NCBI RefSeq assembly: GCF_036321535.1
Contig: NC_087440.1
Span: forward strand, 61,132,001-61,196,000
DNA: 64,000 bases
Direction: 5' to 3'
From: Camelus dromedarius
Taxonomy: Eukaryota
In this document: piece after piece, positions 24,037 through 37,983 of the stretch
How positions within the stretch are numbered: position 1 is the stretch's first letter
How the letters are laid out: each line of letters starts with the position of its first letter
Position numbers and translations under genes: made by a program
Notes under the pieces: model-generated
The model's input: only the letters and a program-made list of their open reading frames with translations
Database searches by the model: none
Told to the model about the DNA's origin: nothing

Positions 24037-24146
24037 CCTCCCCTCCTTTTTTTTTTTACTGAGTTAGTCAGTTTACAATGTTGTGTCAATTTCCAGTGTA
24101 GAGCACAATTTTTCAGTTATGCATGAACATACATATATTCATTGTA
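24037..24146 (-). mobile_element. About 110-nt LINE-1 3' tail
   Basis: T-run, then actgagttagtcagtttacaatgttgtgtcaatttccagtgtagagc. TSD caggaaact at 24028-24036 and 24147-24155. Confidence 0.85.
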
Positions 24147-25138
24147 CAGGAAACTTTATTTCAATGGACTTTAAGTAGACAAAAGGAGGATATTTCGTGA
24201 GATATACTTCGCCTACAGAAATAAGAGAAGATATGAGCAAGAGAAGAAAAAATGAGTTTCTCTATTGTTAGACAGTTTGGTGCTGGCAGGAACCAAGATG
24301 ACATAACGTAGAAAGCATGATCTGACATTGACCAACTCAGTTTCATCTCATGAGAAAAAAATTTAAAATTTAAAAAGAAGAATTCTTTTGTTTGCCAAAG
24401 ACGCTACACAACACTTGAGATCGTTTGAATGTCAGATCCATATCAGTCCCTGGAAAATTTTAATTTTAAGCATTAAAACACATCTTCTCTTAAAAGTCAT
24501 TATTATTTCTTAAATCCTCCTCATTTCCCTCTTAGGCCAACAGCAGGAGAGCGGTGGGTGACATGGCATTTCTGTGAGCTAGCTATTTGTCAAAAACCCC
24601 AATTACACACTTGTGAGGTTTCAGTTTAATTATGGCTCCAAGGGGTAACTTCTTGTTCCATTTTCCAAATATCTCAATATGTTAGAAACAAGAAATATAA
24701 CTGGGAAATGCTGATGACAATTTAGGTAGACATTTTGTTAAGTTTGATTTTATCGTGAACTTCTACTGTATTTGAAGGTGAGGCTGAATTAATTGATACG
24801 CGTCATCAGAACATCTTCATCACACCTGTTCGCTTTAACGGTACAGTGAGATCAAGGGATGTTTCACATGCTTCTCATTCTTTAGCAAGTACAGCTTAGG
24901 TGTGAAAGGAATTTTTCTTGCCACTTAAGCCTGGCTGTTTTCCCACCCGGCTCTGTCCTGCTGGTCCTGCAGCTGCCAAGCATTGGCAAGCGTCAGACCA
25001 TATTCAACTCGCTTAAGATTTACTCTAATGCGTTCACCTCTTGGCCTTGGTTTCCACCAGCAGTAGATCATGGCCTAACATGGCAAATCTTTCACATAGG
25101 GAAAAAATTTGTCCTTGATAACTCGTAAGTGAGAGATG

Positions 25139-25261
25139 GTGGGGGAGGGTATAACTCAGTGGTAGAGCATGTCCTTAGCATGTATGAGGTCCTGGGTTCA
25201 ATTCCCAGTACCTCCATTAAAAATAAATATACCTAATTACCTCCACCCACCTCAAAAAAAA
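25139..25261 (+). mobile_element. tRNA-Ala-derived SINE (Vic-1 type), complete
   Basis: A/B boxes, cttagcat anticodon loop and A-rich tail. TSD aagtgagagatg (25127-25138) / aagagagagatg (25262-25273). Confidence 0.9.
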
Positions 25262-26644
25262 AAGAGAGAGATGAGGGGGAAAAACATTGTAGAGTTCAGG
25301 TGTATTTAGAAAGCGAAGTCAAATCCATCTTAGAAGTGTTACTAAAAGTAACTCCAATATGTTGCTTGCTTGTTTGTGTCTTTGGGTTTTTTTGTTTTGT
25401 TTTTTTTTTTTTTACTCTCAAGCACAGGGGAAAAAAAAACTTAGTTCAGACCAGACCACTTGGGAAGTTGTGGAAATTGTTAAAGCCACAGTCACCATCA
25501 GCATAGTACATAATGAACTTTTCAAAAATCAGGGTCGAGAGAAGTCTTGAGCTGTGTACTTTTCACTCTGCCTAGGATGATGACAGTCAGCATAGAGTTT
25601 GTGGGATGCTGCTCATGCTTCAGGAACTGCGATGAGGACCTTCACATATGTCAGCACATTTTCATGGTGATCCTGGGAGGTAACTGTGATTTCTCCATTT
25701 GTGGAGATGAGACAGTGCCATACAATTGGGAAATGCGCCCACTGTCATCAGATGCAAGCAAGCGACAGAGTTGATATTCCACCCCATGCTCATAACCATA
25801 AACCCGCACCACCCTGTCACACCCTGGGCTGGTGCTGGGGATATCAGGAGCCCAAATTCAACCCACGGTCTTTCTAGGTCATTACACATGGCTGAGCATG
25901 ATTTATTCAGATGAATAACAAATTATTTTAAAGTGGAAATTAAAATGGGAACTCCAACGAAGTTGACCCATGTTACTAGAAAGACTTCGGGGGATGGGGG
26001 GGCTCGTAGACTTTCCGTGGTTCCCATGTCATTCTAAGAACATTAGAAGTCAGAAGTCCAAGTACTTTCACGGACTCTTTGGGGACATTTATATGGCTTC
26101 AAGTTGTTTCCAACTGTCTGTTTCAGCAGTTAAGAGAGGCAGGTCAGGGTGCCTTGGCTGTAATTTTGTGATGGTCACTGCTGTTTACTTGCAGGACAGG
26201 GATATGTGAAAGCAGACTTCTCTCAAGATGAGAAGAGGAAGGGAGAGACAAGGTTCTTTAACAATGTGTGTTATTTGGTATTTTCTGGAATTAAGGACAG
26301 TGAAAAGGGGAGGCCATCAAGCAAGTCAGCTCTATGCCAAAAGGCCAGAGATGAAATTCTGAAGAACGAAAATCGAAACCTTTGTGGCTATCTGAACCTC
26401 CCTACTTCCGGTCCTCAGGGGCGATGACCCTGACTTGCATGTCCTTTATAAAGTTTCATAGAATTTTATATTTTATTCTGGATGGTAAATAGTCTGTAAA
26501 TATAGAATGATAAAATGAAGAATTTATAATATTGAAAACAGGGTCTTTAAGAAAACTCTAAAGGAGCTGGATTTGGTTAATAGGAAGAAGCAGAGGCTGG
26601 AAGGTGATTCATGATTAAGCAAAAACAAAAGAAGTTTTAATAAT

Positions 26645-27150
26645 AAGAGAATGTGAATAAAATCTTGCCATTTGTGACATGGCAAGACCTTGCTGGACCT
26701 TGAGGGCCTTAAGCTAAGGGAAATAAGTCAGATGGAGAAAGACATGATGATCTCACTTATATGTGGAGTCTAAAAATACCAAACTCTTAGACACAGAAAA
26801 CAGACTGGTGGTTGCCGGTGGGGTTGGGGACATGGAGTGAAGGGGGTCAAAAGGGACAAACTTGCAGTTATAAAATGAGTAAGTCATGGGAATATTATGT
26901 ACAGCATGGTGATTGTGGTTTATAATAATGTTTTGCATATTTGAAAGTTGCTAAGAGACTAGATCTTAAAAGTCCTCATCATAAGGATAAGGAAAAAAAG
27001 CTTTTTTGGAACATGTCTGGTGATAGCTGTTAACTACACTTAGCGTGGAGATCACTTCACAATATATACAAATATCAAATCATTATCTAATGCACACCAG
27101 AAACTAATATAATGTTACATGTCAATTATACCACAAATAAATAAATACCC
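26645..27150 (+). mobile_element. LINE-1 3' end (older L1M-type)
   Basis: aaataagtcagatggagaaagac...ctcacttatatgtggagtctaaaa...gaaactaatataatgttacatgtcaattata. Confidence 0.85.
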
Positions 27151-29899
27151 ATAGAGTCCCTTTCAAAAAAAAGAAAGGAAAAGAGTATATGAATATCCTT
27201 TCTTTCTGGAATAGTGCAGTTGTGTTTAAAAGAAAGAAATTAATGATCCCATTCTTTCCTAAGGTGTATATTTATTAACGTCATCAACATCATTTGGTGC
27301 TTTTTGGGATGAAATATCACTACATTAACGGCTGGGTGGTGCAATTTGGACAGAAATCTTTCCCCTTCCTCTAGGAATTATAGCTTAATCCTCCAACAAA
27401 GCCTGTTACAGCCACAGGATAACAAATACTTGCTGGTTGACTGATCTTAGAGGGAAAAAAAATTATATGGCTGAAGATGTGGAGAGCTCAAGGCAGCAGC
27501 AGAGAAATAATGAGGAAACAGAAAGATCCGTGAATATTTACACTGAGTACAAGGCAGGAGCAGTGAGGGAGGGACTGGATGATCAACGCCCAGCACGAGC
27601 TGTCAAGAAAAACAATCAAGCCCACAAACTATGGGACCACCTTATAATCATCTTGTTATTAAGCCTCACAGTGGTTACTTCATAATCACTTACTGACTTT
27701 ACAGAACAAGTAAAAACATAGCGAAATCGAGTTATATCAGGATTTTCCACCCTATAATAGATTTTTCAAGGAAAATTATTTAACTCATTTAGTGCAACTG
27801 AGATGTTAATAAAAGGAATCCACTGTTTTTGTTTTCTCATTTTGCTAATGGTTCCATGAGATGAAAATGGTTCCATTAAATGAACTATGTTTTGTTAAGA
27901 ATGAGTTCCACCATGGACTCAGTAGCTAAAGCTTTTGATTTCAATTTCAAATCAATGGCCAATTCTCTCCCATTATTTCACGTGCTTTATTCCCAGAGGA
28001 CTCATGAGAAATAGACTAATATGATACAAATTCCAGATGTCAAAGACATTGCCCAAGAAAGTGCCTTTGAAGTTATTATTGGTTCTAGAGGCTCTCACAA
28101 AACTACTCAGGGACAGTTCCAGCACGGCAGGGGGCCACTCCACACAGATGTTTGTCCCACGATCATCGATGTACATTTTTTTAATGTGGATTTTAAACAG
28201 TGAGTCAAAAACACAATGCCATCCTAATAATAATGATTATCTATCCTCCAAGCTTTCTGGGAAAACAAGGACCAAAAAATTCTGCAACCTCCCAAGCTTT
28301 GATACACAAGAGAAAGAGGGAGAGACAAACAGATTTCTAATCCCGTCAGTGATTTGCCAGCTTTCTTTTACTTTCTTTTTTCCTCCCCTCCCTCCACCCC
28401 CACCCCCGAGTCTGGGTCACATTTGCCTTTTTCTTTGCGTGTCTCCTATTTGGTTGAAAATTGGACATTCTCAATGACATAGCAACTGTGGGTACTGATT
28501 TCCCCTCCCCAGCTCCGGGCGTGTTATTTTTGTTGTTTGCTGGTTGGTTGGTTTTGTGTCTTGGGTGGACTATTCTAGTGAAGTCTGTTTCCCCTTCTGT
28601 GGGCAGCCTCTGCTGTCACTCCTCTGAGGGCACTGCCTTGGCCTGTGTCTGATCACTCTCGGATGAAAGTGGATTTTGTGGGGCTCTCCTGCCCTGATTC
28701 CCCTCTAGGCTGACTGCCTCTGTGGACACCACGAGCTGCTGCTGCCTCCACTCACTGAGGGCTGATGGCACTACCGTTTCTGACACCTGGGGACCTAAAT
28801 GGCCCCACAGTCTGAGCCAATAAATTTGGTCCTCCCCGCAGGGGTTGTCTTTGGGGAGACTCTTTGGAGTTTGCTTCAAGCCTCTAGCTCTCTTCTTAAT
28901 TTAATGTCTCTTTCTCTGGTTCTCCCTGTTAAACTTCCAGTTCATCTCCTACACAGCTGTCTCCCCCAGGAGCCACTCGCCTCCTCTTACTTGCTCACCA
29001 CCAAGATCTCAGTTGTTTTCCACAACACCCTTAGGTAGGAACCTCCCCTTACTCTGTTCCAAATCAAGTCCGTTACCTTAAGCGGAGGCATGCTCTTTGT
29101 TCTTTAAGTATGTCCCTCCCTCTAAGCAAAATTTCTGTGCCTCTGCACTGGAGTTGCGGTGAAGCCGGTGGCCCATTTGTCCAAGAATAATACCCCTGGT
29201 CCATGAACAGAGCTCTGAGTGGGGACGTGGACCCTCGCCTTCTTGGTTTGCTCCTCCTGGCATGGAATCTTTGCCCTGTAAGTGAGCTTTGGCGGAAGCA
29301 TTTAAGACTCAGTATTCTCAGCCTCCTGTCCCTGGATTAGAGCTTCTTTTCTGAGCGGAAGATGTGTCAGGAAAGGAGACAGGTTCTCCTGGCCGTGTCT
29401 GTCTGGAATAATGCTTCTGCACTATGGAACTGGGGGCTGGGGCTGAGAAGTGCCAGTGGCCTACCCCACCCCCAAGAGGGAAGCCACATCCCTAGATGGG
29501 GAACGAGGTGGAAGGAGAGCCCTGCCTGCCTGGCTGCACATGCCTGGATAGTTTTATATTTTAAACAAATACTTGTTCCCCCTGCCTCTGGGCACACGTT
29601 CAGAAGAATGACTTGCCAGTAGTTTTTCGTGACTTCAAGGGAGGATTTAGGATTTATTGACATAAAGGAAAGTGAGTACAAGCCAAAGACACTCACATTA
29701 ACTACCTTTATGTGCTTTCTGCAGCTCTGCAGATGACAGACATCAATATCCAGTTAACTTTGCAGAGCAGTTAGTTATGCTGTTGAGAGCTTAAGAGGAA
29801 AAGCACAGGCTGGTACCCAGAGCCAACTGGGAGGTCAGCCTGAGGCCTGCAGGGTGTCGGCTCTGGTTGATTCAGTAGCTAAATGTCAAGCTAATTTAT

Positions 29900-30018
29900 T
29901 TATTTATTTATTTTTAACATTTTTTATTGATTTATAATCATTTTACAATGTTGTGTCAAATTCCAGTGTAGAGCACAATTTTTCAGTTATACATGAACAT
30001 ATATATCTTCATTGTCAC
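29900..30018 (-). mobile_element. About 120-nt LINE-1 3' tail with a perfect 18-nt TSD
   Basis: TSD aatgtcaagctaatttat at 29882-29899 and 30019-30036. Confidence 0.92.
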
Positions 30019-30560
30019 AATGTCAAGCTAATTTATATTCAGACCAGGAGAGTCCATGGTATAACGACAAAGGACTAAATGGTGTAAGGGGACCACTTTC
30101 AGAGACCATGATACCCTCCAGTGAAATAAAGGGTCATGGTGGAATCCCCAGTGCTTCTCAAAATTTTCCACCAAATGTCATCTCTTGGGGGAAAGCACTG
30201 CAAAGTAAGTCATTTGGTGGTGAGCCCAAAGGGAGGAGAGTGCCTTGGAAACACTGGGGGCATGGGGGGAAGGGGAAAGCAGGGGTGTATACCCAACAGT
30301 GACAAGTGGAAATTTCTTTGAAGTCCTATGGAACATCCTTATGAATTCAGCATTCATAATACAGTCTTCTTTGTTTTAATGTGAAAATGAAATGTCATTT
30401 GCCTGTTTTGGGGGGAGTTGATGTGGCCAGAAGAAGCTCCACTTTTCTCTCTGTGCCTTATTCCTCAAGCCCAGTGTGAGAAGCCTGGTCCTGAGGGAAA
30501 TGCACACAGTAGCAATCACCGTAAATTTCTTTGCCATAGTTCTCTTTAAATAAGCCATTC

Positions 30561-31283
30561 CCTGTAGTTTGGGGCAGCCATTATGGGAAACAGTATGGAG
30601 ATTCCTCAAAAAGCTAAAAATAGACATACTACATGATCCAGCAATCCCACTCCTGGGCATATATCCAGAGGGAACTCTAATTCGAAAAGATAGATGCACC
30701 CCAATGTTCATAGCAGCACTATTTATGATAGCCAAGACATGGAAACAACCTAAATGTCCATCGACAGATGACTGGATAAAGAAGTTGTGGTGTACAATGG
30801 AATACTACTCAGTCATAAAAAAGGATAAAATAATGCTATTTACAACAACATGGATAGACCTGGAGATCATCATTCTAAGTAAAATAAGCCAGAAAGAGAA
30901 AATATACCATATGGTATCACTTATATGTGGAATCTAAAATTTTTTTTTAAAAGACACAAATGAACTAATTTACAAAACAGAAATGGACTCATAGACATAG
31001 AAAACAAACTTACGGTCACCAGGGGGGAAAGTGGGTGGGAAGGGATAAAACAGGAGTTCAAGATTTGCAGATACTAACTACTGCATATAAAATAGATAAA
31101 CAAGTTCATACTGTATAGCACAGAAAACCATATTCAATATCCAGTAGTCACCTATAATGAAAAAGAATATGAAAAGGAATACATATATGTATATGTATGA
31201 CTGAAGCATTATGCTGTACACCAGAAATTGACACGACATTGTAAACAGACTGTACTTTAATTAAAAAATCAATTAAAAAAAAA
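30561..31283 (+). mobile_element. 5'-truncated LINE-1 (ORF2 C-terminus, 3'UTR and A tail)
   Basis: ORF 30569-30937 reads QPLWETVWRFLKKLKID...TPMFIAALFMIAKTWKQPKCPSTDDWIKK. TSD aagccattc at 30552-30560 and 31284-31292. Confidence 0.93.
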
Positions 31284-32755
31284 AAGCCATTCTCCACTCC
31301 CATTTTGTGAGAAAAAGCCACAAGCTCTTATCCAAACTAAACACAACTGTCAACAGACCTATATGAGCAGTTACATCATATGGGTATACAAAAAAGATAA
31401 CTCAGAGATATAAAATGAAACGATGCAATGATTTGCTACACGTAGTATTTTTATACAAATAAAAAACTCTGTAAAGGTTCACTCTTTATTGAGTTTTACA
31501 GTTCAAACTGATAAGAGGACATATGTTGTGTCAGCCCCATGACCAAATGCAAGGAACCTACCAGATTCCAGGGAGCACGGGAATGTATAGTGTGGGAATT
31601 CAGATATTCAAAATGATAGGGTGGCCAAATGGAACTGGAGTACTTGTACCTTCTTGTATTTTTAAAAAATTTATTTAAACTAAAAACAAATTGAAGAAAA
31701 AACTTCCAAGGAAAAAAAGGGATAAAATATACCTTCAGGCTCTCTCAATTCCCAATCTGAACAAGCCCCTCTAAAAGCCAAGGAAAGAAAAGTATGTCTT
31801 CGCTGTGTGTCCCGAGGTAACGCAGATGGCATCATTAACTGGTCTCTCCACTGGGCTGATCCACCGACGATCATCAAGGCTAGCTCCTCCTATCCCCCTG
31901 TCCTTGGTAATGACACACTGGCAAGAAACTTGCTGTTTCTGAAGCACCAGCAAAGGATTTGACCCACATCATATTTTGCCTAAAAGGTTAGGATAGCCTA
32001 AGAAGGAATGCCGTGAAACAAACAGCTCCTCAGCAATTGAAGAAGGCTTAACTCATGCATGGCTCCTTTAAACATGATATGGGGAAACTATTCTGGAGTG
32101 CTGACCTTCTTTTGAATTAGGTAGTGAGAGCCATAAACTCTTCTCCAAGATGAATCAGTCATTCGCACAGTTGCCCAAAAGGCACTATCTCTGATGTGAT
32201 GCTAAAATAGTAGCATCACGACCAGCGTATTTTACAGATTAACTCCTGCAACAGACTAATATCAATTAACAGCACCTATGTCTGCTCAGAACAGTTACAA
32301 CACTCATTTCTGAAACAGATGGTTCTATTAATTTCTCATCCTCAGTCTCATTATCTCTAAGATGGGGACATTAGAGTTCTGATTCCATAGGCTTTGCCGG
32401 GAGGAACATGTGAGATATAACACGCTCATAAAAAGTGCTCGGTAGTTTGTACATTGCAAGAAGGCAATAAATTTTAGCTATTAGTGCTATTATTATTGTC
32501 ATTTGTGAAACTGTTAGGGACATTGTCAACCCAAGGTAATGCCTGATCAGAAATGAGCAGCTTTGGAAATTAATAACGGCCGCTTTTTTGGGAACAGCTG
32601 TTGAATCTCAAGCATTACATTAGTGAGATAGATACCATCTTTAATCCTTTCAACAGTACCACAAAAGTATTAAGATCCCAATTTCAAAAACAAGGAAACT
32701 GAAACTCAAATACATAAATTAATCTGCCCAGGGTTTTATAGCTAATAATAATATA

Positions 32756-32843
32756 ATTAGCTGGTTTGTTACCACTAGTATTAGTTTGTTATAGCTACTA
32801 TTAGCTTGTTACAACTAGCATTAGCCAGTTTGTTGGAGCTAGC
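32756..32843. repeat. Degenerate minisatellite, four units of 20-24 nt
   Basis: attagctggtttgttaccactagt / attagtttgttatagctact / attagcttgttacaactagc / attagccagtttgttggagctagc. Confidence 0.75.
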
Positions 32844-32864
32844 TAGTTAACAATTAAACTCTAG

Positions 32865-33120
32865 TAGTTTGTTTGTTATTGCTGTAACAAACTCCTGTAC
32901 TTCACTGACTGTTCACAATAAAAGCTTATTTCTGGCTCACTAAAATCCACAATCAGTGTTTCTAATCTGTAGGTACTTCTCTTCCATGTGGAGATTCAGA
33001 CATCTGGATTCCTTCCCTACTGGGCAGTACCGAGCATCTTTTACAGACTAGGTCACTCAGTCACCCCTACAGCAAGAGAGGCTGGGAAACAGGGTCTACC
33101 AATGTGTCTGGGAAAAAAAT
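32865..33120 (-). mobile_element. MLT1-type LTR remnant
   Basis: gttattgctgtaacaaac...aaaagcttatttctggctcac...agagaggctgggaaa. Confidence 0.6.
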
Positions 33121-33139
33121 AGATTTTGTGAAAAGTTAG

Positions 33140-33960
33140 AAGTCTCTGCTACAAGCTTTGAAGTCAAACAAACCTTGGTTTGAATCCCGGCTCCATAACT
33201 GACTAGGTGTGTGATCAGGAGCAAGTTACTTAAACTCTGAGTGCCTTCAGTTGTAAAATGAGGATTACAGTATCTTCATATGGTTGGTTGTGAGGATAAG
33301 TAATATGATAATAATAACAAATTTCCAACATTTCTTAAGTGCCAGGTAACATCCATATTATCTCATTTTCCCAATCCACCTACAAAGAAGAATCTATTAT
33401 TACCATCTCTGTTTTACAGACTGAGGTTGTAAGAGATTAAGTACAAAAATCGCCAACAATTGTTCCAGCCCCCTGTATCCACACCCCGTACAATGTGATT
33501 CTGCAGTAACTGTCATCAAGAGATGGAATCCCTACCCCATGAATCTGGTCTGGCCTCGTGACTTCCTTCAGCCAATGGAATGTGGCAAAAGTGGCATTGC
33601 CAATTGTGAGCCTCCATTACTAGCTATTTTGGACCCCCCACCACCACAACAACAATACTAACAAGAACAAAATTTGCCCAAGATCATAAGACTACATAAA
33701 AAGTAATTTTCAACAAATAAGGGAGTTTTCAGGTAAGCAAAGCCTTAGCTTTGATGTCATTATACTTGACTCTGAGTCCACTCACACACGGGTATCTGTG
33801 AGTACACAAAAGCAGCAAGAGCTAACTGAAAGCAGCGTGAGCTCTGGAGTCAAACAGCCATGAATTTAAACACAGTGTCCAGAGTTTACTGGCTGTGTGA
33901 CTCTTTGTGCACATCAGGGTCCTGAACTGTAAAATGGGAGTGTCTGTTTCATGGACATTG
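33140..33960. mobile_element. Cluster of MIR copies, one split by an MLT1 LTR (about 33452-33640)
   Basis: MIR cores on both strands. A MIR half ending ttacagactgaggttgtaagagattaag resumes as tttgcccaagatcat after the LTR. Confidence 0.6.
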
Positions 33961-36900
33961 TGACATCCTTCCACCCTCTTCACACTGGCTGCAGAAGCTG
34001 CAGGGCCGAATTTGTGTTCTGCCTCTCACGGGTCAGTATACAGGCGCTTATACTGTGTATCTTGTATAATGACATATTCTTTGCCTTCACTTAGTTTTTT
34101 CCTTCATTGATTTTCTTTTCACCCTGATTGCTTCACTTTACAAAAATCCTCTATTTGTTTTAGCAAACCCCTTTAAACCCTTTCTGGAAAAGCAAAATAT
34201 TGAACACATAAAGAGTAAAATTGCATAATTTATCAATTATTAATAATTGGTCCAGCACAATGTAATATCAAATCACTAAATAACGAAAAAAACAAATATT
34301 TCCTCATCACCTCAATCACATCTATGGACATACTAAACCCAAACTGTTTCCATCTAGTTCTTCAGAACTCTGTACTAAACCAATTAAACTCAGTGCCTTT
34401 GCTTCTGAACATGACTTTGCCTTACCTCCAAGTCATCACAGTGGAAACCCAACAATGGGAAAATTTTCAAGATTGTTTTACTTCATTGGAAAGAAAGGCA
34501 GAAGACCCAATTGGCTACATTAGGACACAAGGAAAAATATTTTGGAAGAATATTTATTTTTTAAACTATACAAATCTTACCTAAGTGTAGACCAATGTAT
34601 AAATCTGGGACTATGATCTCTTCGCAGGTAAATGCTTACAAACTGAAGGGTCTGGAAAATTTCTAAAACCCGTAACTCCGAATGGCAGGGACCTCATAGA
34701 AGACATTCACAGTCAGACCACCAGAAACATAAAAGAAGGGAGAAGCTAGAGCCTGGGTTCTAATCCTGGCTTTGTCACCTATGAGCCATGTAGCTAATGA
34801 GCCAAAGGAGACCCCATAGCGCAGGGCTTCTTGACATTGCAAAAACCCAGATCAGGAGCGTCTCACGCTTCCCTCCCCCACCACTAGCTCTCTCCTGGCA
34901 ACAGCCGAGGGAACTGGGCCAGAATCCAGGGAAGGGCCCACCCCAAGTCTGTTTCCCATCACCTTCTCCAGGACTCCCTTCCTCTCCTCCCTGCTCCTCA
35001 TGCTTGCTCTTCTCACCACTCAGCTCTAGTCCCCACCTTTCACCTCTGTCTTCAAAATATTTCTCTTTGAGCCTCTCCTCTCCCATTTCGTGTATAAGCT
35101 AAAAGCACAACGTGCAATAAAAAAAATCAAGAAAGTCTTGAGTGTTTAGGAAAACTGGGCTTAATAATAAGCCAGTGACATCAGGAGGCTGGTAGGATTC
35201 CAGACATTTTCTTCAGAACCTCTACAAAAACCACACAGCAGATAAAGCCCGGGCTTTGAAATCAGACAAATCTATCTTCTACCCCCAGTTGTGAGTCTTA
35301 CTACTGGTGTGTTCTGGGAAAAGTCCTATAACCTGAGACTCCTTTTTCCTTAACCGTTAAAGAGAAATTAAATGAGATCATTCACATGAAGCACTTAGTA
35401 CAGTGTCTGTATGGCAAGCATGCAGGGAATGTTCAGTATTATTAATCCTGTTATACCCCCCTCTTATTTCTTGCACTTAGCTTTTCTTTGATAGCTAGAT
35501 TCAAGATGAATTTTTAACAATATTTTTTCTGTAACAGTATGTGGAGTAAGAAAACTTTCTATTGTTTTTTATATACATTTATAAGAATTTAGCTTTATTA
35601 TATGCTATCTTGGGCTAGCCTAGAAACCTAGCCATTGATGGGAGGGAAGGAGGGAGGCACGTTGGATTCCAAGTTACTAATTCAGCTTGACAAACTTCAG
35701 ATCACAATCTGTTTATAGGTTTATAGGAGATGTTAGAGTCAGCCCCTAGTGGAAATAGACTCATTCATTCCTTTTAACTATTCCCTGGGTTCTTATCATG
35801 GGAACTATGTCACAGATCTGGAGACAGAATTGGAAGGGGATGTGGAACAAGGCTGGAATCAGAAAGAGTTAACCAGAGAGGCTCCTAAGAGGCATAAGAT
35901 CTTGGTCCTAATTGTTAGATGAAGTGAAGAATGGAGTAGCCAGATCAAAGTCTAAGCAAAAGTTGGTGTATCTGTGTTGAAATAATCACTAAGGCTTTCT
36001 CAGTGTACACACTCAGTATTTCTTGGCTCCTTGGACCCTCAACAAGTCTCTTGAGGCATGAACTTGGAAGGGTACATCCCACAGCCAGTACCTGGTTCTA
36101 GAACAGCATCTCCAAAGGTGGTTAAGGGTTCACCAAATGGACCCAAATTTTCCAAAGCATGAAATTGGACGCTAAAACCTTTCCTTTAGGCTGACTCCAC
36201 CCTGTTTTTATCATCCTTCTGTTTCTACTTCCCTCCAGCCTCTGCGCCTAGAACCTAGTGTGTTCCAGTAAATAGATTAAAAACAGAGAGAGAGAAATCA
36301 GTAAGGGAAGAAGTGATGAAAATTTTCATTGCTTTTTGTCTGGGAAGAAACTACATAAACTTCCACTGGCAAATGCAAACTACCTTTTTCCCACTTGTAA
36401 AAGTGAGCTGTCTCCTCAAATTTGAATATATCCTTGGGTAAAATCATCACAGAGGTCACTGGTCAATCTTCCTTCCTTTGCCTTCTTCCCACCTGTGTAT
36501 TATGTGTGAAATGAAATAGATTTCCACATAAAGCATGCTTGTCATCCCCAGGAAAGCATCACATAAGAAACTATGATGTGGACTGTTGACTAATCTTTAT
36601 CTTTTGATTCGTATATTGAGACGTGTGAACGTATTTTCTTTCACAATATGGTGACTCTAAAAATTCAAATATGGGCAAGATTTTAATAATTTATGTCAAA
36701 GTAAATGTGATTAATTGAAGTGGAACATTTGTAAAGCTAAGGAAATAATAAAATCCTTCAGTTTGGGAACTCATTGATTTACATGCCTTAAATCTGAGTC
36801 AGATTTCCCCTGATACCAGTGTTATGGAAAAAGGATTTTCTCCCTCCCTTCCATCCCATGGCCAGATTTATTATTTATTACTGCTCTTTTCCATTTTAGC

Positions 36901-37983
36901 TCCCTCTGTCATTGTAAGGTAATCAGAAGGAAATTTCATATTTTGCTATTTCAAGTAGATGTCAGAATCAGAAAAGTGATGGGAGTGTGGCCTCTTAGGT
37001 AATGGTCTTTTCTTCTGCAATTACATAAACTCAATATTGATTTCTATTTCCTAACATTGCTCTTTTTCCTCTATTTCCCATTCATTTGACAGATGTTTAT
37101 TGTCAGGCTGGAGCCACAGTGAACGAGGCAGACGTAGTCCTTATATCGTTGCAAGTTACAGGGGAAGTCCCAGCTTCAGTCAGAAAGTGGGTCCATCCCC
37201 CTATACCACAAATAAAGAACCTGGAATTGAGTCTTGTTGGTCCCAATTGGTCTGGCTTGGGTCATGTGCCAACTCCCAACCAGTCAATGTGATCAGGGAT
37301 AGAGGGTATGTGATAGGCTTACAGTAATCACAGCCCACTCTTGGAACCAGTCAGAGCCCACTGAGTGGTGCTGAGAACCTCCGAGCACTTTTGGGAAACA
37401 GAGGAAGGCATGAAATTGATGCTGGAAAGAACAAGATACAACTGCTGCACTTCCTGTCCTTATGGAGTTAATAGCCTCTGCAGAATGGGCTGGACAATGG
37501 GAACCCACCGATTCAGTGCATGCATGAATCACTTCTGATACATGAGGGCCAACAAGTGTGTAGCCCTGGGAATCTTCCCATAGCAACAGGATGCAGGCCG
37601 ATTGTTCATGGCTAACCAGCCACCACGTGCTCACAACTGCCAGCCTCTGGCCGTGATTTAGAGATAAAACCTTTCATACCCCAATTAGCCTACACTTTGA
37701 TTCATGCAGTGCCTAAGAATTCACCTTTATTTATAAAGTCCATGGTTTCAGATAAATTTGACAAGAGCTGCTGTAAGTTAGTGTTGCAAGGATGTTAGTT
37801 TCCTCACTTAATCGTGATTTAATATTCCGCATGTATAGCCAGTTAAAGAAAACTGCAGAGTTGGCTTCATTCAAATCTCACATTACTAAAAATATTCCTT
37901 CTTCACCTTGTTTACAACCTTGAGTATTGGATTTAATTCTAATCTCACATGTTACACCTCATCGTTAATCTAATGCTCTACGT

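Noticed and set aside
28037-28477. 146-aa ORF
   Set aside because: No recognisable domain, low-complexity tail, and no convincing splice or promoter context.
30569-30937. 122-aa ORF as a host gene
   Set aside because: It is the LINE-1 ORF2 C-terminus inside a TSD-flanked insertion.
32756-32843. Repeat array as CRISPR-like
   Set aside because: No unique spacers and no cas genes; mammalian context.
36570-36660. Possible C/D snoRNA (tatgatgt)
   Set aside because: The C box is imperfect, and there is no terminal CTGA box or closing stem.
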